Below, in pieces: positions 53,435 to 64,000 of a DNA stretch of 64,000 bases (positions are counted from its first letter, which is position 1; the number at the start of each line of letters is the position of its first letter). Position numbers and translations under genes: made by a program. Source of the stretch: Limnothrix sp. BL-A-16 (GTDB lineage: Bacteria > Cyanobacteriota > Cyanobacteriia > CACIAM-69d); the NCBI GenBank assembly GCA_041937175.2, contig CP166615.1:1-64000 (forward strand), read 5' to 3'. Below the pieces are notes generated by a model. That model made no database searches. It was not told where the DNA came from and saw only the letters and a program-made list of their open reading frames with translations.

Positions 53435-54163
53435 ATGTCCTGGCAACGTCCCGACGGTCGATCGCCCGACCAGCTCCGCCCCGTTCGATTCCAGCGCAAT
53501 TTCACCAAATATGCCGCCGGGTCAGTGCTGGCCTGTTGCGGTGACACGCAGGTGATTTGCACCGTGTCTGTGCAGTCCGGTGTGCCACGCTGGCTGGCGG
53601 ATTCAGGCCAGGGTTGGCTGACGGCGGAATATCGAATGATGCCGGGGGCCACGCCCGATCGCCAATCGCGGGAAACCTTCAAGCTGTCCGGGCGCACCCA
53701 AGAAATTCAGCGGCTGATTGGGCGGAGTTTGCGGGCGGCGGTGGATTTGCGGGGTTTGGGGGAGCGCACCCTGGCGATCGATGCGGACGTGTTGCAGGCC
53801 GATGCGGGCACGCGCACCACGGCGATCACGGGCTGTTATGTGGCGCTGGTGGATGCGTTGCGGTCGCTGGTGGATGCTGGGGAGTTGGCCGAGTTGCCGA
53901 TCGTCTCGCCCGTGGCGGCCGTTTCCGTGGGGTTGATCGAGGGAGCCGCCTATCTGGATTTGAACTACCCGGAAGATGTGGCCGCCGATGTGGACTTCAA
54001 CGTGGTGATGAACGGCGAGGGTAATTTAATTGAGGTTCAGGGCACGGCGGAATCGGGTAGCTACAGCCGATCGCAACTGAATGCGCTGCTGGATTTGGCC
54101 GAAAAGGGCATCGGTAAATTGATGGCGGCCCAAGCGGCGGCTCTTGCCGACTCAAATGGTTAA
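53435..54163 (+). CDS. rph: Ribonuclease PH
   Basis: [27 protein letters not shown] and QADAGTRT motifs. Confidence 0.97.
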   Translation: MSWQRPDGRSPDQLRPVRFQRNFTKYAAGSVLACCGDTQVICTVSVQSGVPRWLADSGQGWLTAEYRMMPGATPDRQSRETFKLSGRTQEIQRLIGRSLRAAVDLRGLGERTLAIDADVLQADAGTRTTAITGCYVALVDALRSLVDAGELAELPIVSPVAAVSVGLIEGAAYLDLNYPEDVAADVDFNVVMNGEGNLIEVQGTAESGSYSRSQLNALLDLAEKGIGKLMAAQAAALADSNG

Positions 54164-54175
54164 GAATTAAAGTTT

Positions 54176-54532
54176 TCAGGCGATCGCATAGCCTGAAAAT
54201 TGGCGGAAATGAGGTGGATGAAACCCAATCACAATATCTTCTTTGGGAATACCTCGTTCAACCAAATTCTGAGCAATATCCAGCTCGGTGTTATTGGCCT
54301 GGATCCAGATCTTGCCTTGTTTTAGATCCAGGTGGATTGAGCAACCATAAATTCTTTGTTTGTTGTACCAGCCGATCGCCAAAACCTGGTAGTGATCATG
54401 CTCGCTGTCAAACAGGGTTTGAATTTCGATGTCGCCATAAGATGGCTTATAGGCTGCATAGTCTGTCAGAAGCTGCCTAATTACAGCTCGATAGGCTTGC
54501 AGTTTCTCTGTCTCTGAATTTAAGGCTTCCAT
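54176..54532 (-). CDS. xisI: XisI-family protein
   Basis: HDHYQV..IGW...IHLDLKQGKIWIQ...GIPKEDIVIGF. Confidence 0.92.
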   Translation of the reverse strand: MEALNSETEKLQAYRAVIRQLLTDYAAYKPSYGDIEIQTLFDSEHDHYQVLAIGWYNKQRIYGCSIHLDLKQGKIWIQANNTELDIAQNLVERGIPKEDIVIGFHPPHFRQFSGYAIA

Positions 54533-54933
54533 TCAAGAATTACCTCACTATCAACGTCGTAAACCAAGAATTTAAGTTGATATTTCTCAATCACCATCTG
54601 TGGAAATGCTTTTTGAAAAAAGGTTTCATAGGCCGTATCAGGAATAGCTAGAAAGAGTTCTCGCTGTGGCTCAAAAACCTCTAGTGCAACTCGATAATTG
54701 ATAAATTGTCCAATTGCAAGATGAAAATCAGAAAGGCCAGAAGTATTTATAAAGCTCTTGATTTCAATGGCAATTTTATGATTATCACGTTCAGCGGCGA
54801 GTAATTTTTCTGCCCCGAGATCAATGAAAAAATCAACTCCGCCAACTTTTAAAAATAGAGGATCATTTGTAATAGTCCACCCATCTTTGATCAAGGCTGT
54901 TTTAACTACGTTATGAAATAGGTCTCTGGCCAT
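54520..54933 (-). CDS. xisH: XisH-family protein
   Basis: MARDLFH..VKTALIKDGWTITNDPL...IDLGAE...IEIKSF. Confidence 0.93.
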   Translation of the reverse strand: MARDLFHNVVKTALIKDGWTITNDPLFLKVGGVDFFIDLGAEKLLAAERDNHKIAIEIKSFINTSGLSDFHLAIGQFINYRVALEVFEPQRELFLAIPDTAYETFFQKAFPQMVIEKYQLKFLVYDVDSEVILEWKP

Positions 54934-55142
54934 TTTGTTGTGATGGTTGAGGCGGAGGTTTCCCGGTGAATGACTGGCGTGATGATGAGTCTGCGCTTGA
55001 CTGAATTTTAATCGATCGATTGTGGCAACTCGATCGATCAGTGGTGGGGGCAAGGGGTTTAAACCCCTTGTCTGTTGATGGTGTCGCGGGGTGTTGCTGG
55101 TCAGTGGAACAATAGAAACCTGTTCGCGATCGCTGAGGACTT

Positions 55143-55835
55143 ATGGCGCAGGTTTTGGTGCTGACGAATGATGACGGGTACGATGCGCCGGGGATTGCCG
55201 CGCTCGATCGCGCTGTTACGGAGTTGCAGTTAGGGTCAGTACGGTGGGTTGCCCCTGCTAATGAACAGTCGGGCTGTGGTCACCAGATTAATAACCATCG
55301 CCTGCTGGCGGTACAGGAGCGCGATCGCGGGTTCTCCGTGGCGGGCACACCGGCCGACTGTGTGCGGTTAGCGGTGAGCGAACTGGTTCCCGAGGTGAGC
55401 TTGGTGCTGTCGGGCATTAACGCGGGCGGCAACCTGGGCACGGATGTTTATAACTCGGGTACGGTGGCGGCCGCTCGGGAAGCAACGCTGCAAGGCCGGC
55501 GGGCGATCGCCCTGTCGCACTGGATCCGGCGGCCCCTGGAAATCGATTGGGACTGGGCGGCTCAGCAGGCGGTGCGGGTGTTGCCGTTGCTGCTCGATCG
55601 GCCCTGGGAGCCTGGCAGTTTCTGGAATGTGAATTTCCCGCATCTCGACCCCGGTGCTCCCGATCCCGAAATCGTGTTTTGTGAGCCTTCCCGTGACCCG
55701 GTTCCACCGATTTATCGGCGCACAGGAGAGGGCTATCAGTACAGCGGCACCTATGGTGGTCGCCCCCAAACGCCGGGAACCGACGTAGCTGTTTGCTTTG
55801 GCGGCGCGATCGCCATTACGCAGTTGCGGGTTTAG
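55143..55835 (+). CDS. surE: 5'/3'-nucleotidase SurE
   Basis: LTNDDG, GTPADCV, SGINAGGN and SGTVAAARE motifs. Confidence 0.95.
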   Translation: MAQVLVLTNDDGYDAPGIAALDRAVTELQLGSVRWVAPANEQSGCGHQINNHRLLAVQERDRGFSVAGTPADCVRLAVSELVPEVSLVLSGINAGGNLGTDVYNSGTVAAAREATLQGRRAIALSHWIRRPLEIDWDWAAQQAVRVLPLLLDRPWEPGSFWNVNFPHLDPGAPDPEIVFCEPSRDPVPPIYRRTGEGYQYSGTYGGRPQTPGTDVAVCFGGAIAITQLRV

Positions 55836-55895
55836 GGAGTCGATCGCGGGCGATCGCTAAAATTGAAACAGCTCATCCCCCATGCGAGGCTGGTT

Positions 55896-56465
55896 ATGGT
55901 GCTTGCTGTCTCCCGCGATCGGGCCCTGTCGCTGGCTGAGTTTCTCGCATTGCCCGAAACTCAACCGGCCAGCGAATACATCAACGGCCAGGTTCATCAG
56001 AAGCCAATGCCACAAGGTCAGCACAGCTACTTGCAATCAGAACTTACTGCGGTGCTGAACAGTGTTTTGCGCAAAGCACGCATTGCTAGAGCCGGTGCAG
56101 AATTGCGTTGCACCTTCGGGGGGCGTGTGCTTGTGCCCGATATCGTGGTGGTCAAATGGGATCGAATTCCTCGCCAATCCGATGGCCGAGTCGCCAACAG
56201 TTTCGATTTTGCACCCGATTGGATTGTGGAGATTGCGTCACCACAACAGCCCTTGATTCGGCTGATCGAAAAGATGCAGTTTTGTTTGGATCAGGGCACA
56301 GAAATGGCTTGGTTGATTGACCCGGAGGATCTGTCGGTGTTGGTCTATCAAGCAGGGCGATCGCCTCGGGCTTTCGTAGACTTGGGCGATCGCCTGCCCG
56401 TGCCTGATTTTGCCCAAGGGGTGGCACTGATGATTGAGGATCTACAGAGCTTTTTGCTGGATTAG
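55896..56465 (+). CDS. Uma2-family endonuclease-like protein
   Basis: LPETQPASEY...KPMPQGQHS...VPDI...APDWIVEIASP. Confidence 0.9.
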   Translation: MVLAVSRDRALSLAEFLALPETQPASEYINGQVHQKPMPQGQHSYLQSELTAVLNSVLRKARIARAGAELRCTFGGRVLVPDIVVVKWDRIPRQSDGRVANSFDFAPDWIVEIASPQQPLIRLIEKMQFCLDQGTEMAWLIDPEDLSVLVYQAGRSPRAFVDLGDRLPVPDFAQGVALMIEDLQSFLLD

Positions 56466-56559
56466 CCCAATTAAAGATGGTTCAGTTTTCCTGAATTTGA
56501 CCTGCCATTTTGAGTTGAAATGGCTCAAGTGATTCATTGGAGATTAATAGGAAACTGAC

Positions 56560-56886
56560 CTAATTCTTGGATGCTTCTAATTCTGCTTTCATGCGCTCCA
56601 AGGTGATGTGCATTTGATCAAACATCATTTGAGGAGTCATACCAAATTGCGAGAGGTGGGTTTTTAGTTGTTCCACTTGCATTTTGGCCATGAAGTCATC
56701 TGATAATTCAAATCGCTTCATGAAAATCCGATAGCGATCGAGCACGGTTTCCATCTGTTCGATGTAAAGTCGCTTTCCTTCGCGATCGAACTTGCCGTAG
56801 TCGCCTCCAAGCTGCACTAGGGATTGATAAGTGCCAAAAATTTCCCTAGCTTCCTGTTGGACAATTTCAGAATCAAAAATGCTCAT
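56560..56886 (-). CDS. DUF1825-family protein
   Basis: FDSEIVQQEA...YGKFDREGK...FMKRFELSDDF. Confidence 0.88.
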   Translation of the reverse strand: MSIFDSEIVQQEAREIFGTYQSLVQLGGDYGKFDREGKRLYIEQMETVLDRYRIFMKRFELSDDFMAKMQVEQLKTHLSQFGMTPQMMFDQMHITLERMKAELEASKN

Positions 56887-57340
56887 GTTTTATGCCTGGG
56901 TCATTGTTAACACCCATTTGTCTTTGATCTTAGCCGATTCTCCTCTGAGGCAAAACGCCCACCCAGTCGAGAGATCCGAACTTGAACGATCGGACTTTGC
57001 GTAGAGAAATTAGGGCAGTGAACAGGGGCGATCGATGGCTGGTTTGCTCGGTCTGCGGTTTCAATGGGTGTTCAATGGGGGTAACCGATGTTGCTTTGGC
57101 GCGCGCCGCCCCTCGACCCGCCAATTTGCCAACTATGATGAACAATGTGCGCAACATCGCTGTCACCAACTCAGCCAAGGGAGTTCAAGACCGGTGCTTA
57201 GTCCCCAGAGTGGCTTAGGCTTGGAAACGTCCAGCACTCTATTGTTGCCCTGTTTTTCCTTGCTTTTTCTGCGTTTCGTTGCTGAATCCGTTGTCTAACG
57301 AGTAACTTCCATTGCCAGCCAGTTAACTGAGGAGAGAACC

Positions 57341-57745
57341 ATGACGGAAGTGGCAGGAACCTTAACCCGACCCCGCAAGCGGACAATGGCCGTGGCCCTG
57401 GCCCTCACTTGTTTTGTGGTTCCCTTTGCATCAGGGTTGCACAAGTTCTATTTGCGGCAACGATGGTGGGGCGTGGCCTATTTTCTATTTTTTTGGACGA
57501 TGATTCCCCAAATTGCCAGCGCGATCGAGGCCATTTGGTATCTTTCCCAAGACCAAGAAGAGTTCGATCGCAACTTTAATAAAGGGCTACCGGCTGCCCA
57601 ACGAACTGTTACGGTTACTGTGCAACCGGAGCGGGTAAATGCGGTGGGGGATGCCCTGCGAGAGTTGGATCGACTTCGCCAAGAAGGATTAATTTCTGAG
57701 GCAGAGTTTGAACAAAAACGCCGTCTGCTGCTCGATCAGATTTAG
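57341..57745 (+). CDS. TM2/NINE plus SHOCT domain protein
   Basis: GLHKFYL; LDRLRQEGLISEAEFEQKRR. Confidence 0.88.
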   Translation: MTEVAGTLTRPRKRTMAVALALTCFVVPFASGLHKFYLRQRWWGVAYFLFFWTMIPQIASAIEAIWYLSQDQEEFDRNFNKGLPAAQRTVTVTVQPERVNAVGDALRELDRLRQEGLISEAEFEQKRRLLLDQI

Positions 57746-57892
57746 ACTGACTGTCATCAATCTTGCTTGAATCTAGACCCAATTTTGAGCATTAAGTTTT
57801 GAACATCCGTTCCATCATGATTCAATCTCAATTTAACAGTAACTTGGTCTTGGGTTTGACTTTGATCATAAGCTAGTAGCAACTTGGTTTCA

Positions 57893-58168
57893 GAGGATGT
57901 CTGAAAAGCCAGAACTGATACTCTGTATGCCCGATCGATCACCGGAAATAAGGGGCTTAGGGCCTGTTGTCAAATCGCCTGAGACCCTGATTTCACTGTT
58001 GGCGGATCGTGGGGGCAAGGGGCTTAAGCCCCTTGTCTAGGGTGGCCAGAGTATGGAAGATCAACCGTTTTCACTGGATCACAGAAAATAACGACAGGCC
58101 CTTCAGTCCCTTGCTGCCACGACTATTGGTGCTTAGTTCGGGCCGAAAGATCCTTTTCAGACATCCTC
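57893..58168. mobile_element. MITE-like element, family C, interrupted by a family A copy
   Basis: Perfect 16-bp TIR GAGGATGTCTGAAAAG / CTTTTCAGACATCCTC; flanks TCA and TTA. Confidence 0.85.
57960..58101. mobile_element. MITE-like element, family A, copy 3 (nested)
   Basis: GGGCCTGTTGT...ACGACAGGCCC; palindrome 58016-58035. Confidence 0.82.
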
Positions 58169-58231
58169 TTAGACTGTTCAAAATCTCAGTAGCTCAAATT
58201 TAGCAAGATCACTTAATTACCATAATTTCTG

Positions 58232-58822
58232 TTGACTGCTGTGCCTCAATTTTCTTCTCAAAATCCGATACTGAATTGGCTGACAGCGCCCTTTCAGCCT
58301 GCGAACCCAGCCCTGAAGGCAGCTCGCAGCAAAATCGCACATGATCCGTTTTGCCGATTAAATTCTGCATTGGAAGTGGCTGTGGCGGCCGAGATGGGCA
58401 TTGCAATTGATGCTAATCGCGCCAGTATTGACGATTGGTTACGATTACCGGGGCTGTCGATTCGGCAAGCCACCTTGCTGACTCAATTGAGTGCGAGTGG
58501 AGTGGTGTTTTACGGATTAGAAGACCTGGCTGCTGCTTTGGGGGTAACGGTGGCGCAGTTAGAGCCTTGGACACCGGTTCTGCGGTTTTATTTTTACGAT
58601 CCGGAGGCGGCTTCTTTTCAACGAACCTTGGATGCTAATCATGCTACGGTTGATGAATTGGAGCGGCTGCCGGGTGTCGATCGCGCCTTGGCAGAACGGA
58701 TGATTCGCGATCGCCAAGAGCGGGGTGCTTTTCGCAGCTTAATTGACTTAAAACGCCGCTTAAATTTATCTGGTGAACTGCTCGGAGAATTAATGCACTA
58801 TTTGCGGTTTCCAACGTCTTAG
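58232..58822 (+). CDS. ComEA-family helix-hairpin-helix DNA-binding protein; start uncertain
   Basis: IDANRASIDDWLRLPGLS; LDANHATVDELERLPGV. Confidence 0.85.
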   Translation: MTAVPQFSSQNPILNWLTAPFQPANPALKAARSKIAHDPFCRLNSALEVAVAAEMGIAIDANRASIDDWLRLPGLSIRQATLLTQLSASGVVFYGLEDLAAALGVTVAQLEPWTPVLRFYFYDPEAASFQRTLDANHATVDELERLPGVDRALAERMIRDRQERGAFRSLIDLKRRLNLSGELLGELMHYLRFPTS

Positions 58823-58993
58823 ATGATGTTTGTTTTAAGAAAATAAATTGAAAAATGTGATTTAAAAAATCCTGGTCGAACAATAATTGTGAATAACAAT
58901 TGATCGAAAATATTTTTATGAAAATGTTGTTGATACAAAATCTTTAAAATAACATTTACTTTAAAATAACATTTATCAGATGAGATTGATGAG

Positions 58994-59689
58994 ATGAACT
59001 TAATTGATAATTGGCCAAAAACGACAGAAGCCGCCAAAGAAGTTCAAAACCAACTGCGCGATCAAGTGATTTTGCAAGATCAATTCTCTGCCCCAAAATT
59101 GATTGGGGGCGCTGATGTGGGATTTGAAGAAAATGGCGCGATCGCCCGTGCAGCCGTTGTGGTTTTGAGCTTTCCCAGCTTGGAGCGGATCGAATTCGCG
59201 ATCGCCCGAACTCCCACACCCTTTCCCTATGTGCCGGGATTTTTATCTTTTCGAGAAGTGCCAGTGATTTTGCAAGCTTTTGATCAGCTTCAGCAAAAAC
59301 CCGATCTGATTTTGTGTGATGGTCAAGGCTATGCTCACCCGCGCCGGTTTGGGTTAGCTTGTCACTTGGGATTGTTGTTGAATCTGCCAACCATCGGTGT
59401 CGCAAAATCCCACTTGATTGGAACCCACGAGCCGCTAGATTTGGCGAAGGGAAGTTGGCAACCTTTGATCGATCGCGAAGAAACCATTGGCGCAATTGTC
59501 CGATCGCGCCACAATTGTCGGCCGCTTTATGTTTCCTCGGGGCATCGAGTGAGTTTGCCCACGGCGATCGAGTTGGTTTTGAATTGTACCCCGCGCTATC
59601 GACTGCCAGAAACCACCCGCTGGGCCGACGCGATCGCCTCTCAACGGGGGTCTTTCAAGGATCCTGGATCCGATAAGGTCAACCCATAG
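58994..59689 (+). CDS. nfi: Endonuclease V
   Basis: GADVGF, PYVPGFLSFRE, DGQGYAHPRRFGLA and RLPE motifs. Confidence 0.97.
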   Translation: MNLIDNWPKTTEAAKEVQNQLRDQVILQDQFSAPKLIGGADVGFEENGAIARAAVVVLSFPSLERIEFAIARTPTPFPYVPGFLSFREVPVILQAFDQLQQKPDLILCDGQGYAHPRRFGLACHLGLLLNLPTIGVAKSHLIGTHEPLDLAKGSWQPLIDREETIGAIVRSRHNCRPLYVSSGHRVSLPTAIELVLNCTPRYRLPETTRWADAIASQRGSFKDPGSDKVNP

Positions 59690-59873
59690 CCAAGTACAAG
59701 TAATCGTCAATCAACCCTGATTCGATCCTGACTCAAAATATTGCTGCGATATTAATTTATTGTTTTAGGTGTTGTTTTAGGTATTGTTTTAGGCGATTTT
59801 TGCAATGATGAGCTGGCGATGAACTCAAGGGGCTTGCTGAGCGATTTTTGAATTTCTGGGCCTAAATTTCAAG

Positions 59874-61070
59874 CTAAATTTCAAACTTCAGTTCTCGCAA
59901 AGTTTGGCGAATTCGCTCTGCTTCTGGTGACTGCTGTTGATCATATAATTCAACGGCTGTCTTGAAAGCTTTCAGGCTTTCGGGTACATTGCCCCCTTTT
60001 AAGAAAGCCGCGCCTAAATTTTGGTGAAACTCAGGTTTTTTGGGATCAAGCTCAATCGCTTTTTGATAATGCTCGATCGCCTCCACAGTACGGTTCATTG
60101 CGCGCAGGTTTGAACCCAAATTGTAATGGGCGATCGCAAAGTTGGGGTCAATGATAACTGCTTTACGATAGCTCTCATAGGCCGCCTGTAGGTTTCCTTT
60201 TTGGCGGTAAAGATTGCCTAAATTGATCAAAGAACCTAATTTCAAAATTGGTAATACTGGTTGACGCAAAGCCGCACGGTAATGGGCTTGGGCTAGATCG
60301 AGATTCTGTTGTTGATTATAAAAAATTGCCAGATGATAGTGCAGCTCATATAAAACTTCGGACATTTTCTCTTGTTCTGCCCGCTTGAGTCCGGTTTTTA
60401 AGAGTGCAATTCCCTGCTCGGGTTCCCCTAAGTCGATGAGAAGGGCCCCCAACTTGCTACAAACATAGGGATCCTCTGGATTTGCTTTCCAAAAAACTTC
60501 CATGGCAGCCTTGGCCCGATCGGCTTTGGAAGCACTGGCAATCCGATCGAGCCGATAACCATCGTGATCGATGGCCGGCATCGAAAGGGACACAATTTTC
60601 CAGTGGGGTTCCTGTTGCAAAAGTCGCACCACACTGTCATCAATAATGGCGTGGTAGGGGCGATCGAACTGAATTTCAGGATGCCGCCGAAACAAACGCG
60701 AGACCAGAGAATAGGGCGATTGCACTGCGCCCAATTCTCGACGCACCAAATTCACCACCAAATGCTCGGGATAGCTAACCGCTTCGCGAATCGGTTCGAT
60801 CGCTTCCGGCAGCAACCACTCATCCGCGTCCAACACCAACACCCAATCGCTCTCGATTTGTGCCAAAGCTGCATTTCGAGCGGCCGCAAAATCATTACAC
60901 CAATCGAAAAAAGCCACCCGCGCCCCATGCGATCGGGCCCGCTCAACGGTGTCATCGGTGGAACCCGTATCTAACACTAAAATTTCATCCACACAGTCGT
61001 GCACACTGTTGAGGCAGCGATCGATCTGATGGGCTTCATTTTTGACAATGAGCGATAAACAGATACTCAT
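59874..61070 (-). CDS. GT2 glycosyltransferase with TPR repeats
   Basis: IVKNE, DTGSTD, DFAAARN and LDADE motifs; TPR-like C-terminus. Confidence 0.92.
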   Translation of the reverse strand: MSICLSLIVKNEAHQIDRCLNSVHDCVDEILVLDTGSTDDTVERARSHGARVAFFDWCNDFAAARNAALAQIESDWVLVLDADEWLLPEAIEPIREAVSYPEHLVVNLVRRELGAVQSPYSLVSRLFRRHPEIQFDRPYHAIIDDSVVRLLQQEPHWKIVSLSMPAIDHDGYRLDRIASASKADRAKAAMEVFWKANPEDPYVCSKLGALLIDLGEPEQGIALLKTGLKRAEQEKMSEVLYELHYHLAIFYNQQQNLDLAQAHYRAALRQPVLPILKLGSLINLGNLYRQKGNLQAAYESYRKAVIIDPNFAIAHYNLGSNLRAMNRTVEAIEHYQKAIELDPKKPEFHQNLGAAFLKGGNVPESLKAFKTAVELYDQQQSPEAERIRQTLRELKFEI

Positions 61071-61287
61071 GGCCGAAACACCGCGTGTAAATCTGAAGGG
61101 TAGATAATGCCGTTAAAATAACGAGATGATCGTTTGATCTTCGTCAATCTGGTCACTGATCTGATGCTGATCGATTCCAGATCGAACCAGATCTTAATCA
61201 GTCCTTAAATTGCAGTTTGCGCGCAATTTCCAATCACAACCTCCCGCTTTCATACTGGCTAAATCGTTTTCTAAATTGTCTCATCCT

Positions 61288-63066
61288 ATGCCCCAAGACG
61301 TTCCACTCGGCTCAGTCATTCAAGGTTCCCTTAGCGAAGGGCTGGAGGTGCGGCTCCATGCCGATGTTTCCGTGGAAGAGATGCGAGTGGGCAAATTTTT
61401 GGTGGTGCGGGGGCGACGATCGCACTTTTTTTGCATGTTAACCGATGTGGCGTTGGGAACCTCCAGCCAACGAATTACGATCGATCCGCCCCATCCCGAT
61501 GATGATTTTTTGCGCGATGTGCTGGCCGGTAGTGGCACGTTTGGGACGATCGAACTCGCGCCCATGCTGATGTTTGTGCCCCAAGCAGAGATGGATTGGG
61601 AAAATTTGCCCCTACCCGATCGCTTGGCTCCGGAACCTGCCCGATCGGCCCGTAAAAACGGCAAAGCTAAGGACAAAAACGGCAACCAAGCATCCAGTAA
61701 TTTAGCCTCCTTTGCGGCTAACCGCGATGCCAATTTGGAATTGTTGCCCGTGAAAACCATTCCTAGTCACTTCTCGCAGGTCTATGAAGCGAGCGATCGG
61801 GACTTTCGGATTGTGTTTGGTTGGGAAGACGATGCCCAGCGCCGAAATTTTGCGATTGGTATGCCGATCGATACTGATGTGCCCGTTTGCATCGACCTCG
61901 ATCGGTTTGTGGAGCGCAGTAACGGCGTTTTTGGGAAATCAGGAACCGGGAAATCATTCCTCACCCGTCTGCTGTTGGCGGGCACAATTCGCAAGCAAGT
62001 GGCGGTGAACCTCATCTTTGATATGCATTCGGAATATGGCTGGGAAGCCATGCGCGAAGGCAAAGGCATCAACACCGTCAAAGGCTTGCGCCAACTTTTT
62101 CCGGGGCAAGTGGAAATTTACACCCTTGATCCGGAATCCACCAAGCGCCGAGGTGTGCGCGATGCCCGAGAACTCTACATCAGCTATGACCAAATTGATG
62201 TGGAAGATTTGATGCTGGTGAGTGCGGAACTGAATCTTTCCGAAGCCAGCGTTGAAAATGCAATTATTCTGCAAAATGAATTTGGCAAATCTTGGATTTC
62301 ACGGCTCCTGAGCATGACCAATGAGGAAATTCAGGATTTTTGCGAAACCAAAATGGGTAGCAAATCTTCGATTATGGCGCTGCAACGGAAGTTGAACCGC
62401 CTTGATCAGATCAAATATATGAGAAATGCTGGCTCGGATTATATCAAGCAAATTTTAGATTCTCTGGAAGCCGGAAAGCACGTTATTATCGAATTTGGTT
62501 CCCAGTCAAATATGTTGGCTTATATGCTAGCCACCAATATTATTTCTCGCCGGATTCATGGCATCTATATGCGCAAAGCTGAGCGGTTCCTGCAAACCAA
62601 AGATCCCAACGACAAACCCCGCCAACTGATGATCACCATTGAGGAAGCACACCGATTCCTTGACCCCGCCACCGCCAAGCAAACTATTTTCGGCACGATC
62701 GCCCGTGAAATGCGGAAATATTTTGTCACCTTGCTGGTGGTTGATCAGCGTCCCTCGGGGATTGATAACGAGGTAATGTCGCAAATTGGAACCAGAATCA
62801 CGGCTCTGTTGAATGACGAAAAAGATATTGAAGCCATCTTTACCGGTGTGGCAGGAGGGCAAAGCCTGCGATCGGTTTTGGCCAAACTGGATTCTAAACA
62901 ACAGGCCCTAGTTTTGGGCCATGCCGTGCCCATGCCTGTGGTGGTTAGAACTCGTCCCTATGATGAGAAGTTCTATGCGGAAATTGGCGATACTTTTTGG
63001 GAAGAACTGCCCGATGAAATCGCGATCGCGGAAGGGGACAAAGCCAAGGCTGATTTGGGATTTTAA
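61288..63066 (+). CDS. HerA/FtsK-like ATPase (DUF87)
   Basis: GKSGTGKS, FDMHSEY, IEEAH, AREMRK and QRP motifs. Confidence 0.9.
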   Translation: MPQDVPLGSVIQGSLSEGLEVRLHADVSVEEMRVGKFLVVRGRRSHFFCMLTDVALGTSSQRITIDPPHPDDDFLRDVLAGSGTFGTIELAPMLMFVPQAEMDWENLPLPDRLAPEPARSARKNGKAKDKNGNQASSNLASFAANRDANLELLPVKTIPSHFSQVYEASDRDFRIVFGWEDDAQRRNFAIGMPIDTDVPVCIDLDRFVERSNGVFGKSGTGKSFLTRLLLAGTIRKQVAVNLIFDMHSEYGWEAMREGKGINTVKGLRQLFPGQVEIYTLDPESTKRRGVRDARELYISYDQIDVEDLMLVSAELNLSEASVENAIILQNEFGKSWISRLLSMTNEEIQDFCETKMGSKSSIMALQRKLNRLDQIKYMRNAGSDYIKQILDSLEAGKHVIIEFGSQSNMLAYMLATNIISRRIHGIYMRKAERFLQTKDPNDKPRQLMITIEEAHRFLDPATAKQTIFGTIAREMRKYFVTLLVVDQRPSGIDNEVMSQIGTRITALLNDEKDIEAIFTGVAGGQSLRSVLAKLDSKQQALVLGHAVPMPVVVRTRPYDEKFYAEIGDTFWEELPDEIAIAEGDKAKADLGF

Positions 63067-64000
63067 AACATGCTAGTGGGACGTTAATTGGGATGTGAAG
63101 GATTGAGGTTATGGGACGGGCGCTTGATGGGGCGATCGCCCGCAGGATCTTGAGCACCTGAAACTTGAGTGTCCGAACTCTTTACAACAGCCATGATTTT
63201 TTCTCAACCCCCAAGCGACCAGTTATGGCCGCGTCCATGGCTGCGGCCACCGCTATCAGGGGCGATCGCGCGGGCCTGCAAGGCTTAACAGTGGTGTGAC
63301 AAAAACTTCGTATGACTGCCATGGCAATGTCGCACCCGCTGGCTATACCTAGACCATGATGCTGATCTTAGGAAGCAGCTGAAGGGGTTACCCGAATCCC
63401 AACCAAGTGCAGGGCGGGATACCAATCTTTCAGGTTCGGTTATTGCTCCCCGGTCTGTTGTACCCAATTCCAACTTTTGCGATCACTATGGAAAAAGAGT
63501 CGCGCTCAGAAACCTAAAAAGCCTGATTCTTCATTCAAATTTGTGGAGTGAATGACAGCAAAACTTCAGTGCCTCGGTATTTGTTTTGACCCTTAACGTT
63601 ACCGATCGAGCTGAGATCTTGCTTCTGGGAGATTCACCAATGAACTTCAAAGAAACTGAATGCCCATACCTCCCTTCGTGATCACACTCCAGCCTTTCTT
63701 GAATGGCTGATTTCTAGTTCATTTCTGGCTAATTTTGAGCTGATTTTGATGGATTCTGACTAATTTTCGGTTGATTTTCGATTGATTTCTAGCTGATTGC
63801 TGAATTTTCGGTTGTGGCCGGCTTTGGCTAACTGAGTTTTGGCTGGCTTTGGTTGCGTTTTTCGTGGTTTTGCGAAATTGTCGCCTAATGGCTCGCCATA
63901 CCTCTGCTGGGAACTGTTGCCCAAGGTTAATTTAATGAACTTTTTGCAATCCAAGACCGTCTAATTCTTTGTCCCTTTGAGTGTTGCCAGGTGGGTTTTG

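Noticed and set aside
54176..54933. fdxN-type excision element
   Set aside because: No XisF recombinase or interrupted gene; stand-alone xisHI pairs are common in cyanobacteria.
61288..63066. HerA-based defence system
   Set aside because: No adjacent NurA, Sir2 or nuclease partner is visible; HIP1-rich and host-like, so probably a core gene.
63067..64000. ncRNA or gene in the terminal 0.9 kb
   Set aside because: Only short ORFs and degenerate CTGATT/CTAATT-type microrepeats; no recognisable RNA family.

Overview
Chromosomal window from a cyanobacterium. HIP1 octamers (GCGATCGC) are very dense, and the genes chlL/chlN, desC, rre1, xisHI and Uma2-family genes are present; the genus cannot be determined from sequence alone. 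A housekeeping backbone (perR-like fur, desC, groES-groEL with CIRCE and K-box, rre1, rpe, chlL-chlN, dnaK3-type dnaK, gshA, prfA, rph, surE, nfi) is interrupted by accessory modules. (1) A complete IS630 is inserted exactly at the start codon of a NucS-like nuclease, in a HIP1-free island. (2) A dynamin-like GTPase is followed by four divergent KGK-like genes and an HNH nuclease; a duplication scar shows the array grew by insertion in front of the HNH gene. This is the best candidate for an uncharacterised system. (3) An OmpR-family two-component pair has a readable candidate regulon and a MITE-derived kinase N-terminus. (4) A Pepco-like/caspase-FGE module is bracketed by two Uma2 paralogs. 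(5) Three tail-collar genes are followed by an orphan MbtH gene. At least three MITE-like families with different ends carry the same 20-bp palindrome CAAGGGGCTTAAGCCCCTTG; they often abut stop codons, and one is nested in the palindrome of another. No rRNA, tRNA or CRISPR array was seen. All family calls are motif recognition by eye, not database searches.
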